Below are positions 1 through 10,070 of a DNA stretch of 64,000 nucleotides, piece by piece. Both the position numbers and the translations under genes were made by a program. Source of the DNA: Verrucomicrobiota bacterium (GTDB taxonomy: Bacteria > Verrucomicrobiota > Verrucomicrobiia > Verrucomicrobiales > V1-33). The stretch lies in assembly GCA_040387795.1 (NCBI GenBank), contig JAZKDC010000003.1, positions 97,033 through 161,032 on the forward strand, written 5' to 3'. The notes under the pieces were generated by a model that saw only the letters and a list, made by a program, of their open reading frames with translations, searched no databases and had not been told where the DNA came from. The first letter of the stretch is position 1. The number at the start of each line of letters is the position of its first letter.

Positions 1-1
1 C

Positions 2-979
2 CAGCCGACCGTCGCCACGACCTGTTACGGCATGAACGACCACCGCTACGTGCCTTACACCGACGCCATCGGGGCGGAATATGTGAAAAACCAAACCGAA
101 ACCGTGCGCCAGTTCAAGGAAGCCGGCGTCCGCGTCGTCTTGGGTTCGCCCGGCACCATCGGGCTGATGCCGGCCTGGGTGAAGACGGCCACCGGCACCA
201 AGGAGGATCTGAATTTGAGCCTGCTGCGGCTGCGGAATCACGATGTGCAGATTGCGGAGGAAATGGGCGTCCGGTTTGCCGATGTTTACTGGCCGATGCT
301 CACCGCAGGTTTCACTGCCCAGCAAAAATTTGGCCCGGAGTTCATGATGACAGGCAAGGACGGAGTACATCCGGGCTGGGCCGGGCAGACCTTGATGGCT
401 TATGCTTTTTTGAAAGCCCTCGGCCTGGAGGGGGAGATTGGCACCCTGACCTGGGACGCGGCGGGCTGCACCGCGACCGGATCCGCCGGGCATGAAGTGG
501 TGGGCGCAGCCGATGGCGGCGTGAAATTCAAAAGCGACCGCTATCCTTTCTGCGTGCCGGAGGGCGATGTGAAAAAGGACGACTCCATCCAGTCCGCCGT
601 GGCGCTGATTCCCTTCCACGAAACCCTGAACCGGTTCACCCTCGTCCTGAAAAACGCCACTGCTCCCCAATACGAAGTAACTTGGGGCAACACCTCGAAA
701 ACCTTCCCCGCGGCTGACCTGACCAAAGGCATCAACCTCGCCGCCGGGTTCCGGGACAATCCCTTTTCCGCCCCGTTTGAGAAAGTCTCCAAGGCGGTCT
801 TTGCCAAGCAGGATTACGAAACCCGCCAAATCAAGACCCTCTTCCACGGGCCGGAAGGCGCGGCGGATATTGCCATGACCGCCGCCCTGACCGAAAAAGT
901 GCGCGCTCCCCTCGCGGAGGCCGTGGCCCAATCGGTGGGACCGGTGGAACACGTGCTGAAAGTGAAGGCCCTGCCCTGA
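2..979 (+). CDS. SGNH/GDSL hydrolase family protein (5' partial)
   Basis: Frame is open from the window edge (QPTVATTCYGMND = block III GxND); block V DGVHP present. Confidence 0.8.
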   Translation, partial: QPTVATTCYGMNDHRYVPYTDAIGAEYVKNQTETVRQFKEAGVRVVLGSPGTIGLMPAWVKTATGTKEDLNLSLLRLRNHDVQIAEEMGVRFADVYWPMLTAGFTAQQKFGPEFMMTGKDGVHPGWAGQTLMAYAFLKALGLEGEIGTLTWDAAGCTATGSAGHEVVGAADGGVKFKSDRYPFCVPEGDVKKDDSIQSAVALIPFHETLNRFTLVLKNATAPQYEVTWGNTSKTFPAADLTKGINLAAGFRDNPFSAPFEKVSKAVFAKQDYETRQIKTLFHGPEGAADIAMTAALTEKVRAPLAEAVAQSVGPVEHVLKVKALP

Positions 980-1029
980 AAATCGGGCGTGGCCTTGCTG
1001 CGCATGGAAATCCCCACTAAGACTAGGCT

Positions 1030-1272
1030 GTGATCCGCACCAGTCTGTCCAATCTGATCGTCCTGAACCTCGCTGCTGTGCTGGGCGGGCTGGCCCTGCT
1101 CTGGGCGGTGCGGGTATGGCGGGAGCGCCGCCGCGAGCGGGCCCGGACCAGACACCAGGTGGTCTGCGCGGTTTGCGGCCACGTCTTTGAAGATGCGGCC
1201 CGCGAGGACACGGTGGTCACCTGCCCGGCCTGTGGACGGCTGGTGGAACGGCAGGCGGTCCTGGATCTTTAA
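1030..1272 (+). CDS. Small membrane-anchored zinc-ribbon protein
   Basis: N-terminal hydrophobic helix, basic linker, CAVC...CPAC; GTG start. Confidence 0.65.
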   Translation: MIRTSLSNLIVLNLAAVLGGLALLWAVRVWRERRRERARTRHQVVCAVCGHVFEDAAREDTVVTCPACGRLVERQAVLDL

Positions 1273-1348
1273 CCATTCCCTCCCGGCGGAGCACTGGTCC
1301 GGTGGGTTTCCGCTTGGTTTCAGCCAGGTCCGTGGCATGCACTGCCCC

Positions 1349-2044
1349 ATGCCGCTGCATCCTGTCTCTGACTATCTTGATGTGATCCACACGCCGTTTC
1401 CGCGCCTGTTTGAGGGCATCGGGGAAGTGTGGGAGGCCCTGCCCCGGATCGGGCCCTTTTTGAAGGAATGGCTGGAACCCTCGGTGGAAGGCGACATCCG
1501 CGGGGATATCCACATTGAAGGACCGGTCTTTATTGGCCCGGGGGCGCAGATCATGCATGGGGCCGTGCTGCTGGGGCCGGTTTATATTGGCGCGGGGACT
1601 TTTGTGGGACCGGGCTGCTATTTGCGGCCGAACACCATCGTCGGGGAGAACGTGATCATCGGGAATTCCTGCGAGTTGAAAAACTGCATCGTGTCGGACA
1701 GCGCCGAAATCCCCCACTGGAATTATGTGGGGGACTCCCTGATCGGCCACAAAGCGCACCTCGGCGCCGGGGTGATCCTGTCCAACTGGCGGCACGACCA
1801 TGGCAGCATTCCGGTGCTGGACGGGCGGGCGGAGGGCGGGAAAATCCACACCGGCCTGCCCAAGTTCGGCGCGGTGATCGGCGACTACGCGGACCTCGGC
1901 TGCCATGCGGTCCTGAATCCCGGCAGCCTGATCGGCCGCCGCAGTGTGGTGTATGGCGGCGTGGTCTGGCGCGGCGGAGCCTTGCCGGCGGACCGGATTG
2001 TGAAATTGCGTCAGGACGTCGAAATCACGGAGCGGCGGGCATAG
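1349..2044 (+). CDS. Left-handed beta-helix (GlmU C-terminal-like) acyltransferase
   Basis: Hexapeptide repeats; ELKN, HWNYVGDS and LGAG motifs of the GlmU LbH domain; no N-terminal nucleotidyltransferase domain; start uncertain (1337 or 1349). Confidence 0.75.
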   Translation: MPLHPVSDYLDVIHTPFPRLFEGIGEVWEALPRIGPFLKEWLEPSVEGDIRGDIHIEGPVFIGPGAQIMHGAVLLGPVYIGAGTFVGPGCYLRPNTIVGENVIIGNSCELKNCIVSDSAEIPHWNYVGDSLIGHKAHLGAGVILSNWRHDHGSIPVLDGRAEGGKIHTGLPKFGAVIGDYADLGCHAVLNPGSLIGRRSVVYGGVVWRGGALPADRIVKLRQDVEITERRA

Positions 2045-2058
2045 TCAGGATCGCGCCG

Positions 2059-3063
2059 TTATTTGCCGGTTCCGGGAGCGAAATCCGCAGGCTTCAATCC
2101 TTTTTTCGCTCCGTTGAAGCCGTATTTGGAGGGAGTGAACGTCCCGCTGATCCCCACGTCGGCCTTGGCGGGCACTTCCATGCCGAGGGACCAATACACG
2201 CCATTCACCACGAGACGGCGCAGGTCCTCACTGACAAAATCCGTGGCCGATCCCATGGTGGTGGTGAACACCTTGTTGGTGACCCCGCTCTCCTGTTTGA
2301 AATCGCGGACCCAGGCGACGGGCATCATGGGCGAATTCACGCCCTGTTCGACTTGGTCAGTGGCGCGCTTTTTGGAATAGGCTGCCGGAGGATCGGAAGG
2401 CGCCATGCCTTTGAGCACCTGACCCCGCAGGAGAATGGTGGCATCGGCCGGGGGATAGGCTTCATAGACGTCGGTGTCCCCGAAGACATGAGTGACGCCC
2501 CGGAGGACCGGATGGGCGGCATGCGCGGGCTCGATCACCCCGCGGGTCGCTTCCACCTTGTGGTTGCCCCAGTGGCTCACCCAATCCTCGCCGACCACAT
2601 TTTTTCCGAATTTATTGTAGGACTTCCAAGGGGAGCTGTCGGGGAACTTGAAGGCATGGGTGCTGGTGCGCAGCGCAATAATTGGTTTGCCAGCTTTGAA
2701 GGCCTTGTCGAAGCGGGCCATCGCCGCATCCTCCCACTGCCGCCAGCGCAGCAGGATCACGATGGCATCGGCCGAATCCAGCGCTGCGGAACCGCTCAAG
2801 GTGGTATTTACATTCGGGTCCACGGTGCCGTCCTTGCCAGTCGCAAAACAAACCGAAGTCTTGAAGCCGTGTTTGCCGCTGAGGATTTTGGCCAGCACCG
2901 GCAGGCATTCCTCGCCGCGGTATTCCTCGTCCCCACTCAGGAAAACCACATGTTTTCCCTGCCCCGGACCGGCCTTGGCCTCAAAGGTGACCGCCCCCTC
3001 CTGGGCACGGGCGCCGGAGAGCGTTAGAGCAGCGGCAGCGAGGAATAAGAAATATGGTTTCAT
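2059..3063 (-). CDS. Secreted ThuA-like (class I glutamine amidotransferase-like) protein
   Basis: Signal peptide MKPYFLFLAAAALTLSGARA; SGDEEYR, RTSTHAF, PVAW and FTTTMG motifs typical of PVC ThuA-domain proteins. Confidence 0.75.
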   Translation of the reverse strand: MKPYFLFLAAAALTLSGARAQEGAVTFEAKAGPGQGKHVVFLSGDEEYRGEECLPVLAKILSGKHGFKTSVCFATGKDGTVDPNVNTTLSGSAALDSADAIVILLRWRQWEDAAMARFDKAFKAGKPIIALRTSTHAFKFPDSSPWKSYNKFGKNVVGEDWVSHWGNHKVEATRGVIEPAHAAHPVLRGVTHVFGDTDVYEAYPPADATILLRGQVLKGMAPSDPPAAYSKKRATDQVEQGVNSPMMPVAWVRDFKQESGVTNKVFTTTMGSATDFVSEDLRRLVVNGVYWSLGMEVPAKADVGISGTFTPSKYGFNGAKKGLKPADFAPGTGK

Positions 3064-3222
3064 GGGATTGGGGAAAAAAAGCAGCAGTGCTTCCCTGGAA
3101 CGTGGCCGGACGGGGGCGCGTTTCATCGGATGCAGCCCACGTATTGCGCAAAGTTATATGTTCTATTTCCATCTTGTCATCTGGACAAGCGCCCGCCGGC
3201 ATGGTTCTCTCGCCCCTTCCGC

Positions 3223-3657
3223 ATGAGCACCCCAGCCCCTTCCAAAAAATACCTGACCGCTGACGACGCCAAACACATCGCCCTCCCCTGGTGCGCGGTG
3301 GCAGAGTTCGTCTCCGTGGAAAATGCCGGCAGTCAGGACCTGTATCTCTGCCGCGCCACTTTCCCGGCGCATGAAGCCCACCTCTTCCACTATCATCCCG
3401 GCCGGGAGGAGATCATCTACGTGCTCGAAGGCCAGGCCGAACAGTGGGTGGGGGAGGAAAAGAAACTCCTCGGCCCTGGGGAAATGGCCCTGATCCCCGC
3501 CGGCATGCCGCACATGACCCTGAATCCCGGGCCGGCTCCCCTCAAATTCCTCGCCATCCTCAACAACATCCGCGGTCCCGAACCCATGGTGGTGGACTGC
3601 TTCCGCGAGGAACCGTGGGTCAGCCACTTCACTCCGATCGAGTATCCGCCGGTCTGA
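3223..3657 (+). CDS. Cupin domain protein
   Basis: HLFHYH...EEIIYVLEG and IPAGMPH cupin motifs. Confidence 0.85.
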   Translation: MSTPAPSKKYLTADDAKHIALPWCAVAEFVSVENAGSQDLYLCRATFPAHEAHLFHYHPGREEIIYVLEGQAEQWVGEEKKLLGPGEMALIPAGMPHMTLNPGPAPLKFLAILNNIRGPEPMVVDCFREEPWVSHFTPIEYPPV

Positions 3658-3731
3658 TCCCGCCCCTCCGCCGGCTCCCTTCCGTGCCGCGGCCATTTCA
3701 ACCTTACCACTCAACCCACCCACTTAAAATT

Positions 3732-4622
3732 ATGCCCAACCCCTGGACCGGAAAAGGAAACCCTTACACCCGTGAGGAAGTCATCGAACGCCTGCGTGCC
3801 GTCACGGCCAAAGGCGACGCCATCATTGCCGCCGGCGCGGGCACCGGAATCAGTGCCAAATTCATCGAAAAAGGCGGCGCTGACCTGATCATCATCTACA
3901 ACAGCGGCCGCTTCCGCATGATGGGCCACGGATCCACCGCCGGCATGATGGCGTATGGGGACGCCAATGCCATCGCCATGGAAATCGGCGAATACGAAGT
4001 CCTCCCTGTCGTCGAGGAATGCCCCGTGATCTGCGGGGTCCACGCCACCGACCCGCGCCGCCGGATGTGGCACTGGCTCGGCAAGGTCAAGGAAATGGGC
4101 TTCTCCGGCGTCAACAATTTCCCCACCCACACCATCATCGACGGCCATTTCCGCGGCGTGCTGGAAGAAACCGGCATGAGCGTGGTCAAGGAATATGAAA
4201 TGGTGGCCCTCGCCCGCCGCATGGATCTCTTCAGCGTGGTGTATGTCGGCAGCCCGCAGGAAGCCATCGAAATGGCCAAGGCCGGAGCCGACGCCATCAT
4301 TGCCCACGTCGGCACCACCATCGGCGGCAGCATCGGCGTCACCAATGCCCTCGTGCCCTGGGATGAAACCATCAAACGCACTCAGGACATCATCGACGCC
4401 GCCCGCACCGTGCGGAAGGACATCTTTTTCCTCTGCCACGGCGGTCCGATCAATACCCCGGAAGACGCCAAACGCGTCATGGGAGCCACCGATGCGGTCG
4501 GATTTGTCGGTGCCAGCAGCCTTGAACGCATGGGCGTGGAAGCCTCGCTGACCAACCTGACCCGGGAATTCAAAGCCCTGAAAGCCCCGGCGGCAGAGGC
4601 TTTCATGAAAGGCCAGGCCTGA
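3732..4622 (+). CDS. TIM-barrel phosphoenolpyruvate hydrolase-like protein (Tm-1-associated TIM barrel)
   Basis: GAGTGISAK, IYNSGRFRM, NFPT, HGGPI and GASSLER motifs. Confidence 0.85.
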   Translation: MPNPWTGKGNPYTREEVIERLRAVTAKGDAIIAAGAGTGISAKFIEKGGADLIIIYNSGRFRMMGHGSTAGMMAYGDANAIAMEIGEYEVLPVVEECPVICGVHATDPRRRMWHWLGKVKEMGFSGVNNFPTHTIIDGHFRGVLEETGMSVVKEYEMVALARRMDLFSVVYVGSPQEAIEMAKAGADAIIAHVGTTIGGSIGVTNALVPWDETIKRTQDIIDAARTVRKDIFFLCHGGPINTPEDAKRVMGATDAVGFVGASSLERMGVEASLTNLTREFKALKAPAAEAFMKGQA

Positions 4623-4646
4623 AATCCGCCTTGAATTCAACCGATC

Positions 4647-4678
4647 AAAGAAGCCCGGGACCTCCCGGGCTTCTTTTT
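4647..4678 (+). terminator. Intrinsic terminator
   Basis: AAAGAAGCCCGGGA-CC-TCCCGGGCTTCTTTTT hairpin with T-run after the TIM-barrel gene. Confidence 0.8.
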
Positions 4679-4842
4679 GCCGGTTTGAATCCAGCCTGAT
4701 TTCCCTACGGCGACGGCCCTGGGCAAGGCCCGGCAAAGTCATTTCTTTGCGCAATCAGGCGGTCCATCCGGCCAGATCAATCCCAGCCTCCCCCTCGCCC
4801 CTGCACTTGCACTTGGCGGGGGAATCGCCACAGTCGGCCCCG

Positions 4843-6615
4843 ATGATGTTTGAGAAAGGCGCCCAGTCAGGCGAGGAAATGGTTCTCGTGGGCATCGGTG
4901 TGTCCCCAGGGATCGCCCGGGGGCCGGTGCATCTGACGACAGATGTTTTCGAAATCCCGGAACTGGAGGAAATCCCGGAAGATGCCGTCGAGCGTGAAGT
5001 GCTCCGGCTGCAAACCGCCTTGGAAACGACACGGCGCCAGCTGGAAAACATGCGCGACCGCATCGCCAGCGAGATCGGGACGAATGATGCGGATATCTTT
5101 GATGCCCACCTGCTGATGCTGGAGGACCGGTCGGTGCTGGATGAGGTTTTCTCCCGCATCCGCAAAAAAGCCCAAAAAGCGGAAGGCGCCTTTTACGGCG
5201 TGATGGCCCGCTACGTGGAGACGCTACGGCGGATCGGAGATGAATATTTACGGGAACGCACCGTGGATATCGAAGATGTGGCCCGCCGGGTCGTCCGGAA
5301 TCTGCGCGGCACCGTCCTGGAACTGGCTCCCGCCGAGCCCCATGTGCTCCTGAGCACCGAACTGACGCCCAGTGACACGGCCGTAATGGACCGCGCTACG
5401 GTGCTGGGATTTGCCACGGAAGGCGGCAGCCACACCAGCCACAGCACCATCATGGCACGGTCGATGGGCATTCCCGCGGTGGTGGGGATTCCTGACCTCT
5501 CGACGCGTTTTCACACCGGTCAGGATGCCCTGCTGGATGGTTACGGCGGCCTGCTGATCATCAATCCCAGCGAGGAAACCCTTGCGGCCTATGCCGTCAC
5601 CCGCCGCAAAAAAGCCGCCCTCGAACGGCATCTGCGCGAAATGGTGGACCTGCCTGCGGAAACCGTGGACGGGAAACGGATCGTGCTCTCGGCGAATATT
5701 GAGTTTGAAAGTGAGATGGTGGAGGTGAATGCCTGGCGGGCGGAAGGCATCGGCCTCTACCGCACCGAGTTTTTCTTTATCAACCGCACCTCCCTGCCCA
5801 CGGAGGATGAGCAGGCCGAAAATTATGCCCGGATCGCCAGCGCCGCCGGACCGGAGGGGGTCATCATCCGAACTTTGGATGTCGGGGGGGACAAACTGCA
5901 CAGCCTGCACGACAGCCTGAACGAAACCAATCCGTTCCTCGGCTGGCGCGGCATCCGGGTTTCCCTCAAGCGCCGCAAACTCTTCAAATCCCAGCTCCGC
6001 GCCATCCTGCGGGCCAGTGCCGTGGGCCGGGTGCGCGTCATGTTTCCCATGATTTCCTGTGTGGAGGAACTCCGGGAAGCGCGGGCCATTCTGGCCGAGT
6101 GTCAGGATGAACTCCGGAAGGAAGGCGTGGTCTTCGACACCAACATGGAAGTAGGAGCCATGATCGAGGTGCCCAGTGCCGCCCTCACCGCCGATACCCT
6201 CGCCAAGGAAGTCGATTTCTTCAGCATCGGCACCAACGACCTGATCCAATACACTCTCGCGGTGGACCGGGGCAATGAAATGGTGGCCGATCTCTATCAA
6301 CCCTGCCACCCGGGCATCCTCAAGCTGCTGAAAAGCGTCAGCGATGCCGCCCGCCGCGCCGGGATCTGGACCGGTGTCTGCGGGGAAATGGCCAGCGACA
6401 TCATGCTGACCCCGCTGATGGTGGGCCTCGGGTTTGCGGAACTGAGCATGTCCACGCCCCAGCTCCCCATGGTCAAATACGCCATCCGGAAGCTCCCTTC
6501 CGCCCGTTGCGTGGCCCTGCTGGACGAAGCCCTGACCCTCGGCGAAGCTTCGAAAATCCGCGACCGCTGCCGGGAAGTTGCTTTGGAATATTACAGCGAA
6601 CTTTTCGTCACCTAA
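4843..6615 (+). CDS. ptsI: PTS enzyme I, phosphoenolpyruvate-protein phosphotransferase
   Basis: TSH phospho-His motif, GLYRTEF, NPFLGWRGIR, SIGTNDL, CGE. Confidence 0.95.
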   Translation: MMFEKGAQSGEEMVLVGIGVSPGIARGPVHLTTDVFEIPELEEIPEDAVEREVLRLQTALETTRRQLENMRDRIASEIGTNDADIFDAHLLMLEDRSVLDEVFSRIRKKAQKAEGAFYGVMARYVETLRRIGDEYLRERTVDIEDVARRVVRNLRGTVLELAPAEPHVLLSTELTPSDTAVMDRATVLGFATEGGSHTSHSTIMARSMGIPAVVGIPDLSTRFHTGQDALLDGYGGLLIINPSEETLAAYAVTRRKKAALERHLREMVDLPAETVDGKRIVLSANIEFESEMVEVNAWRAEGIGLYRTEFFFINRTSLPTEDEQAENYARIASAAGPEGVIIRTLDVGGDKLHSLHDSLNETNPFLGWRGIRVSLKRRKLFKSQLRAILRASAVGRVRVMFPMISCVEELREARAILAECQDELRKEGVVFDTNMEVGAMIEVPSAALTADTLAKEVDFFSIGTNDLIQYTLAVDRGNEMVADLYQPCHPGILKLLKSVSDAARRAGIWTGVCGEMASDIMLTPLMVGLGFAELSMSTPQLPMVKYAIRKLPSARCVALLDEALTLGEASKIRDRCREVALEYYSELFVT

Positions 6616-6643
6616 CCCTGTCCGCAATCCCGGATTGCCCCTG

Positions 6644-7738
6644 ATGAACCGACGCCATTTTATTGCCAGTCTCGGCGGAGGAGCAATCTCGCTCACCCAC
6701 GTTCAAGCCGTCTCCACGGCTGCCGCCGCCGGGCTGCGGGAAAAACTGGAAGCTCTGCGCCAAAAGCACCAGGTCCCTGCCCTCGCCGCCGCCCGCCTCG
6801 GTTTGGATGGCCTCCTGATTCAATCCGACACGGGATTCCGCAAAGCCGGCGGCAGCACTCCCGTCACCGCGTCCGATCTTTGGCATTACGGCTCCATGAC
6901 CAAAGCGATGACGGCCACCCTGCTCGCCACTTATGTGCAGGAGGGCCGGCTGCAATGGGACGATCCACTGGGCAAGTTGATCCCGGAATCCTGCCGGAAA
7001 GCACACCCCCGCACCAAGGACATCACCGTCCTGCAACTCCTGCAGCACCGCTCCGGCCTGCGGGCCAATCTGCTCTCCTGGTGGCACCTCCCCCGCGCCG
7101 ATCAACGCGGGGAAATCCTGCGTCTCGCCGCCCCCCCGGGAACCGATTGGCCCGCGCCCGGCTCCTATTTGTACAGCAATGTCGGTTACGCCATTGCCGG
7201 CCACCTTGCGGAAAAACTCGACCGCCAGTCTTGGGAAAAATTGCTGGAAAAACGTCTCTTCCGACCCCTGAAAATTACCGCCGGACAAGGCCCGGCGGGC
7301 ACCGAAGGCAAAGAAGACCAGCCTTGGCCGCACGATTCCAAAGGCAACCCGCTTCCTGCCAACGGACCAGGTTGTGACAATCCGCCGTCACTCGGTCCCG
7401 CCGGACGCGTCCACGCCAGTCTGGAAAACTACGCCCGTTTCGCCGCTGACCAATTGCGCGGAGCCGCCGGCCAATCCGCCCTGCTCCCGCCCGCGTTGTA
7501 TAAAATCCTGCACACCCCCGACCCCGCCAGCCACTATGCCTGCGGCTGGGGCCTTGCCGACCGTCCCTGGGCCGGCGGCCGGTGCCTCACGCACACCGGC
7601 AGCAACAACGCCAACTTCTCCGTTGTCTGGCTGGCCCCGGAAAAAGCCTTCGGGGTGTTCGCCACCTGCAACCAGGGAGGCCCGGCCGCCGCCGAAGCGT
7701 GTGATGCCGCCTGTTCCCTGATGATTCAGCACGGCTGA
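6644..7738 (+). CDS. Tat-exported serine hydrolase (beta-lactamase class C-like)
   Basis: MNRRHF twin-arginine signal; SMTK (SxxK), YSN and HTG motifs. Confidence 0.85.
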   Translation: MNRRHFIASLGGGAISLTHVQAVSTAAAAGLREKLEALRQKHQVPALAAARLGLDGLLIQSDTGFRKAGGSTPVTASDLWHYGSMTKAMTATLLATYVQEGRLQWDDPLGKLIPESCRKAHPRTKDITVLQLLQHRSGLRANLLSWWHLPRADQRGEILRLAAPPGTDWPAPGSYLYSNVGYAIAGHLAEKLDRQSWEKLLEKRLFRPLKITAGQGPAGTEGKEDQPWPHDSKGNPLPANGPGCDNPPSLGPAGRVHASLENYARFAADQLRGAAGQSALLPPALYKILHTPDPASHYACGWGLADRPWAGGRCLTHTGSNNANFSVVWLAPEKAFGVFATCNQGGPAAAEACDAACSLMIQHG

Positions 7739-8033
7739 ATTCCGCAGCAGCGGAAGAACCCCGGATTTTGCCAGGAGTAATCCGGTTCTGCCTGACCAAG
7801 GGGCACTTCCGCAGGCAAACGTCATGTCAAGACACATATCCGTCAGGTTCCCTGCTCAGAAATCCCTGCCTGGCGCCATGGGAGCGGTGCCTGACCGACC
7901 CGGGCTGAACGGAATCCCACATCTTACACCAGTAATCTGACAAATCCGGTGATTGTGCTGGCCAATAGCACGCGGAGTGCTGATGTTTCTGTTATCTGCA
8001 TTCCCCGGCGTTGCTCCAACGTCTCCCCCTCTG

Positions 8034-10010
8034 ATGAAACTCCCCCTCTCATTGATCTTCGCCGGATCCCTCGCGGCCCCAGCCTCCCTCCATGCGGCAT
8101 TGGACGAGTGGCAGGCGGCGGTCGATTCCGCCGGCACCACTCCTTCCGCAACCTATATCAAAGGCATCTCGGGACCGGCCATCTCCGGATTCGAGCCCGT
8201 CGTCCTCGATGTTGGCACCCTGACCGGCCCGCGCTCGTTTGAGTTCATAGTAAATGCGGGGGCCGCCGGAAGCTCCTCCGCCCTGATGGGGCTGGCCGGC
8301 CTGCAGGGCCTGAAATTCGAACAGAATTTCGAAACTGGTCATGTGGGGATCACCGACTATGGCATTGCGGACCACGACTCCCCGGTGCCGGGCCCGCTGC
8401 ACCAGGATAGCCAGATCGTTTTCACCTGCGACGGCACGGACACCCGGCTCTATATCAACGGCGCTGCAGTGCACACCTTCACCGGAGTGGACCTGGTGCT
8501 GTCAGGACAACAATCGCTCGGGGGTGTTTCCGACGGCGCAGGGGGACCTGTGTTTGACCGGCTGGACGGGCATATCCTCGGATTTGCCAGCTACGCCTCC
8601 GAACTGACGGCCGCAGAGATCGCTGCCCATCATACCGCCTTCAAGGTGGGCAGCACGCCGGTCTCCTTCGCCAACTGGCGCAATGCGGTGACCTCCGGCG
8701 CCATCCCGCCTGCCAATACCGTGTTCAGTCCGATCTCAGGCATGGCTCCCGTCCTCAGCAATCTGGGGGAACTCTCCGGCCCCCGGACTTTTGAATTCCT
8801 CGTCAATGCCGGTGAGGTGGGACGATCCGAAGCGCTGATGGGACGGTCCGGCGTGCAGGGATTGAAGTTCGACCAATGGGACAGCACCGGCGTGCTGGGT
8901 CTGACGGCCTTCGGGGTCGCAGATCACGTCACCACCGTGCCCAGCCCCTACAACACCCTGACTCAAATCGTCTGGGTTTCCCAGGACACCGGCACGGACG
9001 TCTACATTGATGGGGTGTGGCAACAGACCCTTGATGGGGTGCCCATTTCGCTGACCGGGTTCGTCGCCCTCGGCGCCGCCGCCACCATCACGGGGCTGGA
9101 GGGTGTCACCGTCTACCGCGATCCGCTCGACGGGCAGGTGCTGCGCTTCGCCAGCTATGACAATGCCCTCACGGAAGCCGAGGTGAACACCCACTATCAA
9201 TCCTTCCAGCAGGACGGTGGCGCACAGGTATTCAGCGCCTGGCAGGCCACGGTGAACAGTGGAAGTCCCGCCACCGTCATCCTCGAAGCCACCAATGGCA
9301 GCGAGGGGAGGAGCGTGGATGTGGGAACCCTCAGCGGGGGGCGTTCATTCGAATTTATCGTCAATGCCGGTCTCGGCAACGCCAGCGGTTCGCTGCTCGG
9401 AGGAAATAGCCAGGCCCTCAAATTCGAACAGTGGCAGGACACCGGCAGCCTCGGGATCACGGAATATGGCGTGGCCGATTTCAATTCCTCCATTCCCGCG
9501 CCGGAACTGATCGACACCCACATCGTTTATTCCTCCGATGGCACCGACACCCAGCTGTTTGTAAATGGAGTGTTGAGTTATACCTTCACCGGGGTGGCGC
9601 TCACCGGCACCGGCCAGCAGGGACTGGCCACCGCCGCCCAATTGCCGATCATCACTGCCAGTTACTTCGACCGCCTTGACGGGCACATCCTCGGGTTTGC
9701 CAGTTATGCGGAGGCGCTCCCGCCGGCGGAGATTGCCGCGCATTATGCCGCGCTGCTCAACACCACGCCGGTGGCGCCGGGTCCGTTTGTCATCACCGGC
9801 TTCAGCCGGAATGCCACCACCCGGGCCATCACCCTGACGTGGAGTTCCGATGACGGTGCGACCTACCGGATCGACTATAGCGAGACCCCCGGCACCTTCG
9901 CCAACACCGCAGTGGCCGGCATTCCGGCCACCCTTGGCGGCACCACCTCCCGCACCTTTGCGGCCCCTTCCGCAGCGGAACGGCTCTTCTTCCGGATCGT
10001 CCGCCTCTGA
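8034..10010 (+). CDS. Secreted protein with three tandem LamG/ConA-like domains and a C-terminal FFR-ending domain
   Basis: Signal peptide; three ~185-aa repeats (RSFEFIVNAG...LKFEQ...YGVAD...LDGHILGFASY); C-terminus ...RLFFRIVRL. Confidence 0.8.
   Translation: MKLPLSLIFAGSLAAPASLHAALDEWQAAVDSAGTTPSATYIKGISGPAISGFEPVVLDVGTLTGPRSFEFIVNAGAAGSSSALMGLAGLQGLKFEQNFETGHVGITDYGIADHDSPVPGPLHQDSQIVFTCDGTDTRLYINGAAVHTFTGVDLVLSGQQSLGGVSDGAGGPVFDRLDGHILGFASYASELTAAEIAAHHTAFKVGSTPVSFANWRNAVTSGAIPPANTVFSPISGMAPVLSNLGELSGPRTFEFLVNAGEVGRSEALMGRSGVQGLKFDQWDSTGVLGLTAFGVADHVTTVPSPYNTLTQIVWVSQDTGTDVYIDGVWQQTLDGVPISLTGFVALGAAATITGLEGVTVYRDPLDGQVLRFASYDNALTEAEVNTHYQSFQQDGGAQVFSAWQATVNSGSPATVILEATNGSEGRSVDVGTLSGGRSFEFIVNAGLGNASGSLLGGNSQALKFEQWQDTGSLGITEYGVADFNSSIPAPELIDTHIVYSSDGTDTQLFVNGVLSYTFTGVALTGTGQQGLATAAQLPIITASYFDRLDGHILGFASYAEALPPAEIAAHYAALLNTTPVAPGPFVITGFSRNATTRAITLTWSSDDGATYRIDYSETPGTFANTAVAGIPATLGGTTSRTFAAPSAAERLFFRIVRL
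8100..9758 (+). repeat. Three intragenic domain repeats (approx. 8100-8643, 8667-9206, 9231-9758)
   Basis: Recurring motifs SFEFIVNAG / TFEFLVNAG / SFEFIVNAG and LDGHILGFASY / LDGQVLRFASY / LDGHILGFASY. Confidence 0.85.
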
Positions 10011-10070
10011 TTCCCTTTCCCCTCCAGCGTCCATCCCAACACAACACAACACCTGCAAAAATATCGTCCC

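Noticed and set aside
6644-7738. Antibiotic-resistance beta-lactamase
   Set aside because: The motifs fit the broad serine hydrolase family, mostly esterases and peptidases; nothing specifically indicates AmpC activity.
7790-7920. Possible riboswitch or structured RNA upstream of the LamG-like cluster (GTCAGG...CCTGAC pairing)
   Set aside because: No recognisable riboswitch consensus; the pairing is short for GC-rich DNA. An Rfam/Infernal search would be needed.
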